NCBI GenBank assembly: GCA_008632985.1
Contig: QPGO01000232.1
Location: forward strand, 62,001-105,905
Source of the DNA: Psammoneis japonica
Taxonomy: Eukaryota
Direction: 5' to 3'
Length of the DNA stretch: 43,905 nucleotides
The notes beneath the pieces are model-generated. The model did no database searches. It saw only the letters and a list, made by a program, of their open reading frames with translations, and was not told the DNA's origin. Both the position numbers and the translations under genes were made by a program. Shown in pieces: positions 33,121 through 43,905 of this stretch; the first letter of the stretch is position 1, and every line of letters starts with the position of its first letter.

Positions 33121-34237
33121 TGTTTGTCCTGCTTCTCTTGATTTTGCAGGCAGGCTGGGAGAAAATGAGTCAATTTGCTGCTGTTCTGTTGCTTTCCCCA
33201 AACAACAATGGCAAGTCTGCCACCCGTGGCAGAATGTGCAATCAAGGAATTGCTGCGGCAACATGAAGAAAACGCAGCAAGCCACCAAGGAAGAAGAGTG
33301 TCCGTCAACGGCTGTTTTGGAGGTCCTGCTTCACTTGAGCTGCACCAATGTAAAAGTGATGCAGGCTTCACACTTTTTCATCTTGCAGTCTTCTTTGCAA
33401 ACATCCTTTTGAAATGCCTGGCACCACGTGCAAAGCTTTTGGGTCCATCAGGAATGAACCGCTCTCACAGCTCTTTTTGTGCTCGATCGACGACAATGGG
33501 GCGAACAACCCAAGGTCCAAATTGTCATGGGTCTTTTTGGCAAATGCAAATGACTGTGCACCGGAGTGGAGTGGCTTTCCATGAGACAACAAACGCCAAC
33601 GTTGGAAACAAGGGTGGGTCTTTTTTCAACAATGGCAGACTTGACAACATGCATTGATTGACCAAGGTGGCAAAACACGCCACGTGTGCACCAACAACAG
33701 CATCATCATTTCTGCTCGACAACAACAGGGGATGATTTCGATTGGTGTTGTTGGTTTGGTTGTTGATGTTGAAGTGAAGTGCGGCATTGGCGGCCTCTCT
33801 TTTTGGCACGCACCGGCCGGCTGGCACGCACCGGTGTGACTGCACCTATGTGGGTGACAGACGGACGGACCAACCGGATGGCCACATAGTACGCCCGCCT
33901 AAAACCAACATGCGTGCAGCGCAACGCTTGAACCGCACGATCGTTCATCGCGGGAATAAGCATGCAAGCAGTTGGAAGTTGAAGTTATTGGTTATTGTTC
34001 TGTTGTTCTTCTGTTATCCCATTGCTTCATTTAATTCGTTCCTGCCCTTGTCTCACGGGCAAGCGTCGCTGTTCTACAGCATAATCGATCTCGCCTTGTT
34101 GCCATTGTGTTGGTGCCTGTCTCCTTTGCAGTTGCGTTTCTGCTGAGCAGAGGAACCACCTCTTGTCTCGCGTCTCACCGATCCGGACTCCGCAATTTTG
34201 ATTCTGCATCTCGCAGAAAGACACAAAAACAGCAGAC

Positions 34238-37200
34238 ATGCTTGGTGACATCATCGCCGGCATAGAAGCGGCTTTCAACTTGTGCGCCGTGATTTACAAG
34301 AGCTATGAAACGGTAAAGATCATGCCGGATTTGGCCAAGACCCTCAAGGACCGCGTACAAATATTCAAACCGCGACTCGAGAAACTCGTTAGGGAATGCC
34401 AGGCATCAGGCACATCACAGAAGGTAATTCCGCTTTTGCATATTCAAAGCTTGAACACGGTGTTGGGTGACATTCAAAAGTACATGAAGAAGCTTCAGGA
34501 TGACTCTAAACTACGAAAGTTGAAGAATCGGGTGTTTTATCAGAGTCTCCTGGATGAATATGAAGAGCTCAACACCAAGCTCAATCGTTGTCGGGATGAT
34601 CTTAAATTTGACTTTGAGTTTGATGTCGATGCCGAGAGAAAAGCGTTTGAGAATGAAACGAAAGGTCTCCTACAGTGTCTTATTGATCATCAGGGTCAAG
34701 AGCACCGTATTCTGCGCGAGATGCTTTCTGAAGTCCTCAGGTTCATCAAGGGTCACAAAGCGCTAAATCTCAATGAACAAAACAGTCCTGCTATTGTGAC
34801 CGCTTCTGCATTTATGGACAATAGTGACTCTGCAACTCTACGAGCTATCATTGATGAGCAGAGTGCCATTGAATATGAACTCCCGCCATCGGAGGTCGTT
34901 TTAGAAGATATCGAGCTTGGAGCAGGCACCTTTGGTGTCGTATACAAGGCAACATACAATAATCAAGATGTTGCCATCAAGAAGCCTCATCGTCGAGAAT
35001 CGGATGTTTTGGCGGAACTCATGAACCAAGAAAGATGCAGCGGCTCGCCTTTTGTTGCCCTTATACACGGCTTTGTTTATGTCAATGAGATTCGGTCTAT
35101 TGTTATGGAGTTCATGCCATGTGGTACTCTAGGAGGTCTACTACGCCACGCAATGGGAAGGGATGGGATTGTGTCCATCAGCAAGGACCAGCAAAGTCTC
35201 GAGGCCACACTAGCTGCGTACACAGTAATTCAGCTCTTTCACAAGGTTAGTGAGGGAATGCGATTCATCAGTCAACGTAATGTGATACACCGCGACCTCA
35301 AGCCGGAGAATATTCTTCTAAGTCAAACTCTTGACCCCAAGATTGGGGATTTTGGGTCTGCTCGAGAGCTCGCAAACAGCGCGACTCACCTTTCGGGATC
35401 CGCTGCTGGATCTGTATACTATATGGCTCCGGAAGTATTGACGGTCCTTAAAGCTGACAAAGGACAATACTCCTATCCTGCCGACCAGTACAGTTTTGGA
35501 ATGATCATGGTTAAATGCTGCCATGGTCTGTTTGGTCAGCAGTCTCGTGTGGACCGGCACGACGAGGACGCGCCTCTTCCAGAGATTCCTCTTCCTGATG
35601 CGTTCCCTTCTTCGGTAACAGATATCAAGAACAATTGCATTGCTTCAGACCCATTGATGCGCTATGGTCGTGCACCGCTTCAGAATCACTTCTATCAGAA
35701 GCGTTCGAGAAGGTACTGCAGCAATTGGATAGCTCTGTCTCTTATCCAAAGATTGATGGGTATTATGGTGACGACGTTGCAGAGGTGGCAAATATTGCTC
35801 GGATCGCTTTTGAGAGTAAGACGCATCGTGGGGTATCTGGCATTATAACTTCGTCCTCATCGCTGATCCCAACACCCGGCATGGAGAAGAAGCCATTGAA
35901 GGACGGAGAGCCGAGCTACTCCACCGCGTCCTTGTCACATTCGTCTACATCCGCGAAAGAACCGGTTCCTCGTGCAAGGAAGGAGAAGAAAAAGAAGAAA
36001 CCGACTGCTGATCTCCGAGTTCAAAAAGAGCAAAGTGCATCGTCTCGCAGAAAAAAGCGTCCTGATCTCCGAGTTCAAAAAGAGCAAAGTGCATCGTCTC
36101 GCAGGAAAAAGCGTCCAACTCGTTCCGGCAGCTCGAAAGAAAAAGGACAACCAGCGCAAACTGGATCATCAGCAATTGCTTCAAGTGGTCACAATGACAG
36201 TGCTGAAAGAGAACGGGGCGTTAAGGACGAGACGCAAAATACAAGCGAATATCATAGCCGCACCAGTCGGGAGAGGTCCGTCAACAGCACAGCCACAGCA
36301 AGCCTTGCGCTATCGGCTGCCGCGTATGTCGCGCCAGATGCTTTCACAGTGACGTCTGGAGACCAAGCTGCACAACCCGAAGAACCGGACAGAGATGACC
36401 GCGTCACAGTTACTTCAGATTCCAACAAAGTGATGGAGATGGATCCAGCACAAGTCGTAGAGGCGGTTCCTGCTACTTCTGATGGTGGTGGTGGCGGACA
36501 GAATGAGAAAGCAAATGACACAACGCGAATTAGTGACGAGGATGAGAATGCTGAAGATGAGCTTCATCGCAAGTACCTTCGCAAACGATTCATTATTCCG
36601 GGCGTTGTATTGTTGGCGATTGCAGCGATTGTCAGTATTGTTGTTGCAGTAAAGCCGTGGGACACAGGTGGTGGAGGGAGCCCCACTTTCCCCCCTACTG
36701 TTTCCCCTACTGTTGCACCCGCCACAGAGACTACCGAACGAGCCACCGGTTTGGTCATGAGTTTGATTGGTATTGATACCGAGTTTGATGAAAATGATTC
36801 CGAGTTGTGGGCTACGGCAACCAAAGCATTCGTCGAGGATTATTACAACACTCGTCGTCGTCGTCGTGGCCTTGGCTATCTCCAGATTCGTAACTTACAA
36901 GTATCGAATATACAGAATGTCGAGACGTCTTTGGATGTTACTAACACCATTGTGGTTGAAGATGGCAATGGTGGAGAACCATCCCTTCGAGTCACATACA
37001 ACCAAGCTATCACGTATACTTTTGAAGACAGCAGCAACGAAAACATTTCCATGGATGCCATGGTGACCGAACCATTCAAGACGTCTGATAGTCGATCGGC
37101 CTACCAAAAAGACCTCCAGGCGGCGGGCACCAGTGCTGGAAGCAACATTTTTGACAATTTGATTGGCACTAGTGAAGTTTCAACCAGCACAGCTGCTCCG

Positions 37201-38665
37201 ACACCGTCACCTACAAATAGCATTCCAATTACGGAACTACCAACACAAGATCCCGCGTCGCCACCGTCGACTCCGGGTCCAACGACTCTCAATCCAACAT
37301 CGTTGCCGACGACAAACCCTACTCCTCGTCCAACTCTCAATCCAACACCTCGTCCTACACTCAATCCAACGCCTCGTCCAACTCTCAATCCAACTCCACG
37401 CCCCACTCCATCACCAGCTCCAACAACACCCAATCCCACCAGTGGTGGTGGCAGTTTGCCGCCAAATGGAATGTGGGATCCCGTCGGACAAACTTTGCAC
37501 GGCAAGGCTGCAGATGATTGGGTTTGGCTATTCCGTGTCCTTGTCTCGTGATGGCAGGGTCATGGCTGTTGGAGCGGATCAATCTTCTTCCAATCCCGGC
37601 TATGTTGTTGTGCAACGATACAATCCAAACACCCAACAATGGGAACAAATTGGCCAAGAATTGATTGGACAAGCCGACGGTGACGATTTTGGAGATTCTG
37701 TTTCGTTAAATGGCGATGGCACAATTCTTGCGGTTGGAGCTTCATGGAATGACAGTGGTGGAACGAATGCCGGTCACGTTCGTGTGTTTGAATACAACTC
37801 GGCATTGGATCGTTGGGTCCAACTCGGCAGTGACATTCTTGGACAAGACGCTGGTGATTATTTTGGCATTTCCGTGTCGCTCTCGGACGCGGGAGGCATT
37901 CTTGCCGTGGGAGCGTTATACGATGACACGGAAAATGGCTCTGATTCTGGATCGGTTCGATTGTTTCAATACGACCGCGGCTCCTCATCCTGGAACCAAC
38001 TCGGACAAACACTCATTGGCCAAGCTGCTGCTGATCATTTTGGACGTTCCGTGTCCTTGAATGCGCAGGGAACCATTGTCGGCGTTGGAGCGTATTTGAA
38101 TGATTCGGGTGGAAACAATGCGGGTCAAGTGTCGGTGTTTGAATACAATTCTGCCTCATCAAAATGGGATCCGTTGGGCAATCCAATCAATGGACCAGTC
38201 GTTGATGGTCGGTTTGGATGGTCGGTTTCTCTTGACGACAGCGGTTTGATCGTGGCCGCGGGTGCAGTTGGAAGCAACGATAGAGTTTTGGTTTATTCGT
38301 ACGACCGCTTGACTTTGACATGGAAGCAACATGGCCAAACTCTCTTGACGCAACAGCCTTGGGATGATTTTGGTTGGTCAGTGTCATTGAGTGGCAATGG
38401 AAATGTCTTGGCTGTTGGAAGCATTCGGCATGACGTCAATGGATTGATCAATGCGGGTCAAGTTCAAATCTTTCTGCACGACAGCAATGCAGACGAATGG
38501 AAACAATTGGGCGATCCTTTAAATGGTGAGGCTGAAGGCGATGTTTTTGGAGGATCCATTTCATTGTCGGCCGACGGAAGCGTCGTTGGAGTTGGTGCAC
38601 GGCTTGCTGATGTCAATGGCGGCGCATCCGGATCCGCGTACGCATTCACGGTAAATGACAATTAG
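34238..38665 (+). CDS. Receptor-like kinase copy 2: MLKL/HeLo-like + TKL kinase + TM + stalk + FG-GAP propeller (1-bp indels at ~35672 and ~37520)
   Basis: Joins ORFs 34238-35848, 35635-37551 and 37163-38665. The N-domain and kinase are continuous in one frame. Copy 1 is open across both indels. Confidence 0.85.
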
Positions 38666-40298
38666 AAAATGTATTTTGCGCTACATCCTCTTGTATCAAT
38701 CACACTGTATTTTTTGTAGTTTAGTTCATTTGGTAGACCGTACATTTGCGTCGTTTGGCTCGTGTCATTGTGTGCTGTTTTTCGCGTTTGTTCCAAAAAT
38801 CAAAAAAGTCTGTCTGTCGTGCGATTCCGCTAGTCTATCACGAACCACACATCATCACACACACACATCACCACATCGGCTCGCGGTCTTGAACAACCAT
38901 GACGCTATCAACAGCACTACGAATCATCATGTAACAACAACAACAACGATGTCATAACGTTTGGAGGAGTATCCGCCTCGGACTCCATACAAGAGAAGCT
39001 CTGTGCCCATTCTTATTGCTACTGTTACACGTAAATGATTCACTTAAGTATTGTCGAGGCTTTTGAGGGCTTGACTGCAGCCACCGGGGAGCATGCCCAC
39101 AGAGTATGGATCAGCAGCAGAGCCGGAACCAGTCATCAAAAGTCGACAACTGTCTCAGCAAGCACTCATAGCATGGTGAGCGAAGGTATTGTACGAGTAT
39201 ACTGGATGCAACCAACGAACGATTTTTGTGATGCGGTTTGTTCGGTCGCTTCTGTTCGGTTGTGCTGCTGGAGAAACGCGTTGCTGCTGCTGCCACTGCT
39301 CCTACAAAGGACAATAGCGACTCGCTCGTGGCATGCGCAGCGAAAGCTCCTTTTTTGTTGGCTGTATCCTTGATGAATGTGATGTTGGAGAGAAACCAAT
39401 GGTGCTGCCACGCACGCTGTTGTTGTTGTTGTTGTTGTTGTCATGCATGTCTACGTACTCTCTCAAACGAATTAAAAATGGCCTCCATCCACACTAGTTT
39501 GGGCGTGCGACTCTGTGAATGTTGCTGAGCTCTTTCGAGATGTGGGCTCTGAACAACGCGTCGGTTATTATGCAGTGTGTTTTGAATGTACGTGTTTGAT
39601 GTTGTTTCCATGTATTGCTGATTCATAACCATCTGCAGCGACCTGGGTGGTAACGTATGGATTTTTTGGAAAAGAGTTGCAACTCGTATAAAGTGGATAT
39701 TGGAAACCACGTGTGTCTCGCGGTCGGACAGTTCTCCAGCACAAACCATGGCGGCGCCTGTTGGATATCATACAGTGAACAAGTAGCGGATGGAACGGGC
39801 TTGTTGGAAACTGCTGTGGTGGGACAAGAAGAAAAAACTCGATGAGGAAATCAACATCCAATTGAAGGGGGAGACACGGCTCTGGGTGCTACTACTACTG
39901 CTACTACTGTACGAACTATATAACAACAATGACACGGATGATTATGACTTTGGAAATGTCGATATCTTTGTACTGACTTTTCTATTGGCACTCGTCAATA
40001 TTAACGATGACAACGACAAGAAGGATGACGAAGAGTATTAGTAGTATCAACAATGGCACTAATAACAATGGCGCGGTGGTGGAAATATCATTTCATCCTA
40101 TGGAGACTTGAAAGCACGATTTGCCGATAAACTCAACAAAAAAAAAGGGACCGCTTGGCTGCTTGTGGGATGTCTTTGTTCCTCCCTAATACTACTGCGA
40201 ATAATAAGGACAAGGACAATGAAAACTACAATGACCTTGGAGATGCCGATAGAGGAAGGGGTTCCTTTGATACCGCATACGTGGCAGAATATAAAAAT

Positions 40299-41208
40299 GT
40301 ACAATTGCAAGAACGAAACTGAATCCTCGAGACGGTTGGGAAGCGATGGAGGATGAAGTCGTGAATCCTGAGCGCTGCTCCGACTCGACTGTTGTTGCAA
40401 ATAATATATTGTCGGCCTATACTGTGCAACCCGTCTGGAAGACACTCTCTGCTATGGGGTGTTTGTCTTGGAATCGGTAGAGCCTGAACCATGGTCTCTC
40501 AAAAATTCAAACTCCTGTCTCGGCAAACAATGCAGGCACGGTGGAGCAAGCGTACTGGATGCAACGAACGATTCGTGACGTGGTCTTGGAATTCCTACAC
40601 TCTTTTCATTTCGCCAGATGCTTTTTTTGGATTTCCAAGAAACTCTCTAGACTGACTGCTCTCCACTCTCTAGCTGTAGCTCTAGAGATCCCTACATAAA
40701 GAGTAACACGTCCCCAGCTGCTAGTAGAGCCACTCTCTCACATGACAGTACAACTTGCAAGAACGAAACTGAATCCTCGAGACGGTTGGGAAGCGATGGA
40801 GGATGAATTCATGAATCATGAGCGCTGCTCCGACTCGACTGTTGTTGCAAATGATATATTGTCGGCCTATACTCTGCAACCCGTCTGGAAGACACTCTCT
40901 GCATTGCTAAGGAGTAGTTGTCTTGGAGTCGGTAGAGGCTGAACCATGGTCTCTCAAAAATTCAAACTCCTGTCTCGGCAAACAATGCAGGCACGGTGGA
41001 GCAAGCGTACTGGATGCAACGAACGATTCGTGACGTGGTCTTGGAATTTCTGCGCTCTCTTCATTTCGCCAGATGCTTTTTTTGGATTTCCAAGAAACTC
41101 TCTAGACTGACTGCTCTCCACTCTCTAGCTGTAGCTCTAGAGATCCCTACATAAAGAGTAACACGTCCCCAGCTGCCAGTAGAGCCACTCTCTTGCACGA
41201 CAGTACAA
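40299..41208 (+). repeat. ~450-bp tandem duplication, copy in unit 2
   Basis: Units start at 40299 and 40748; GTACAA recurs at 41203. Confidence 0.92.
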
Positions 41209-41615
41209 TAGAGAGAGAGAGTGCTTTGGATTTTAAGAGAGATAATAGAGGACGCACACAGCATGCTATGCTAGCTAGCTGCTTTCCGTCCCAGCTTCGT
41301 GGCACCACGTGTAAAAATTAACCCCCCATTTTTAACCAAATGCCCACCTCGATCGACTGGCAGTAACCAGATACGAAGTTCAGCACACTTTTGGGGGCCT
41401 AGAGAATGGGGGTGAACGTTAGTTACTAACTAACCAATCACTGAATGCTGACTTTGCACTTGCCCGTGTGAAAGGTGCACCACGAAAAGTTAGTTTTATT
41501 TTGAAATACCGAGATACCATGAACAACACATGCCCATTGCATTCTTGCAAGACATTGTTTTTTAAAGACTGGGAGACCGATGATGCTCATGTCTTGTGCA
41601 CTTTGTAGCTCTGCT

Positions 41616-42589
41616 CTAGCTAGCTGGGGTCAAAGTCCAACTGTTTTTTTGGATCAACGATTCGATTCGAATGGGTCGAATTTCATTCCCGAGTCGTCGT
41701 GACTCGTTCATACGGTGCGTGTCCAGTGTTTTCCAATCAACCAGTTCATGCTTGTGCCAGTCCGGGAATCCGTCATGTTGATGGGTGAAGTGGATTTCGC
41801 TGTCGCCATGAAACCTGCATGCGGCAACCGCGCATTCATGCCGGTTCCGCATCGCTTCCAGTCGCGGTGCCGCCACATGCCTGCAACTCTTTTTTTGTGG
41901 GAGCCTTGTTTGCCTGTAAAGCGCTGCTCAATCAGAGCTGTCATTGGACGTGCAACCGATTCGTTTGGGTTGCCGGGGCCGTGTGTGTCGTCACAGTGAA
42001 TGTCCGCATACCGCGCAAGTCGGAGCTGATCGCCTCGCATCATGGTCTGGCTGCAGCTGGTCCGTGCCACCGCCAAGTTCTTCCAAGCTGCAGACTGAAC
42101 AACGCAGTTCAAAATTTTGTCCTCAGCAATGCGAGATAGAGCATCCGCAGGCAGCTTGTCGTGAGCTGATGCAAACTCAGTGAGCAAATTTTGGGTGCAT
42201 CGCTCCTTGTGTGCCACCAGAGCGACGTCAACTGCCTCTGATCTCACAACGAATTTTGGATTGGGAGGTTTGTGCTCCTCCCAAGATGAACAATGCTGCA
42301 GTGACCAAATGACATGCTTGGCCGACTTTGGCGTGACGTCTCTTTTTGACACTGCTTCCAAGAAGTGCCGGTCGACCTGGTCTTGCGTCAAGTGAGGCGG
42401 CCCCGACAGAGCCGGCGATTCGTCCACCCATCTTTTGCATGCACTCCACTCAGTGACAAAGTGCCATCCACCTTGGGTGGTGTGATGGTTTGGGCCAACA
42501 AGTCTCCCATGGAGACTAGAGACACCATCGTGTGGGTCTCTTCTTTGCATTGTGACAGCCTCGAGGGATCGTTTTTGGGGTGCACCCAC
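41616..42589 (-). mobile_element. Decayed Crypton-like tyrosine-recombinase ORF, copy 2
   Basis: Duplicate of 26634-27608 with one frameshift at ~41830. Confidence 0.6.
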
Positions 42590-43905
42590 CTCACTGTCAA
42601 AGAAAAGAGGTTTTTGAAATCAAACGCTCACTTGTGGCGGTCGACAAGTGGAGTCGTTTCGAAACATGTTGACATTCGAGTGGGAAGAAAGAACATTTCG
42701 ACAAGTGGATTTTGTGTCATGCCCTGTTCTGAAGGTTCTTGTCTTCACCAACCACAGGCCTGTCCGGGGTCCGGGAACCAGTTCCAGGGGTGGTTCCGGC
42801 GCCGGCCTCCTGCGGGCAGGAACTGCTGAGGACTCCCCCCGGATGGCTCGGTCAACCCGTGATGTCAGGGGAAAGCGTGCCCCCCAATCAGCGGTGGTTG
42901 TTCCTGCAACCGAGGTCGCGCGACCCGCCACTCGAGACTTGTGACTCAAAGTCACGAGCGCTCGTGCCATTGAGACGACTCTCTCTCTCTCTCTCTCTCT
43001 AGAGTGGCCAGTGGCCTGCTCTCGCTCTCTCTGGAGGCAGAGCCAAAGCAGAGAACAGAGAGCAGGTCCAGAGAGCAGAGGCCACTGCTGTTGTTGCCAT
43101 GGTGACTGCTGTTGCCATCTCTGCTGCTGTTGTGGCTCTGCCTCCTCTGCCAGTTTGCTGCTCTGTCATTGCACGAGCACTCACGAGCCATCGCATCCAT
43201 GCCAAGCTCATCTCATCACTGTGTTGCATTGGTGACCACTCATTGCAGCTTTTCAAAGGCCACACTTGACAAAAACCAGAGCTGTGCACTTTGTGAAGAA
43301 ATGCTGCAGATGTTTGGTTGGCCAGCTGCAGATCCGCAGCACACCAATGTGAAACATGATGCTGGTCAATTTGGTTGACCCAGAGTTTTCAAACAAGCTG
43401 CCCATCACTTTTTTTTGCCTGGCTGCCCCCAACTCTGACTTTTCATTTTTGAGTCTCACTGCAGTTGCTGGGTTTGTTTTGCACGTGGCTCCTTCAGTGT
43501 TTTGCCAGTGCTTTGTCAAATCTTTCATGCCAGCCCTTGTTGGTGAGTTTCCTGCTTGAGCCTGGTTGGAGATCCGGGATTCCAGGAAACACAGCCTTGT
43601 GCACTTGCAGCAAAATGTCCAAATCTTGATTTGTTGTGCCATTTGCACATGCCTTCCAAGCAGTGTCACATCATCCACCCACGACTTCTTTGTTCTTGAA
43701 TCTCAACCCACAAATTTGCCAGCATGTCTTGTTCTCTGATTTTTCACTTCAGCACAGCTCTCTCCAACTCAAAACACTTTGCTGAGCACATCACAGTTGC
43801 TCTGTTGGAAGTCTCAAAAGGTCCCCTGGTGCCAAACTGGTGCAGCATCTCTTGCTTGGGCAATGGCAGCCCAGAGCTGGTCTTCAGCCATCTCATCACA
43901 CTCGG

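Larger units (their letters stand above)
29496..43905 (+). repeat. ~15.1-kb tandem segmental duplication, copy 2 (truncated by window end)
   Basis: Colinear with 14338-28927. Confidence 0.97.

Overview
Eukaryotic genomic DNA, most likely from a pennate diatom (inferred from a CoDi-type copia gag, a diatom/red-algal-type NADPH oxidase, plastid-type NTT relics and short GT-AG introns). Bases 1-~7300 are decayed transposons and gene relics. Bases ~7600-13000 hold a dirigent/AOC-like membrane protein, an NTT pseudogene and a 3-exon PP2C phosphatase. The rest is a ~15.1-kb unit present twice (14338-28927 and 29496-43905; the second copy runs off the window). Each unit carries an NADPH oxidase, a copia relic, a ~1480-aa intronless receptor-like gene and a Crypton-like relic. 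Two signals stand out. (1) The receptor has the architecture MLKL/HeLo-like helical N-terminus, TKL kinase, single TM helix, Pro/Thr stalk, 7-blade FG-GAP beta-propeller. Its two copies look identical intracellularly but differ at equivalent loop positions of every propeller blade, as expected of a diversifying immune receptor. (2) All transposon and relic tracts are almost free of TpA through apparent TpA->TpG/CpA changes (Tyr->Cys/His). YTAR is largely spared, the borders are sharp, and the two duplicate copies differ at such sites, suggesting an adenine-directed, RIP-like hypermutation process. Single-base frameshifts in the intact genes look like long-read errors. All comparisons were made by eye; no searches were run.
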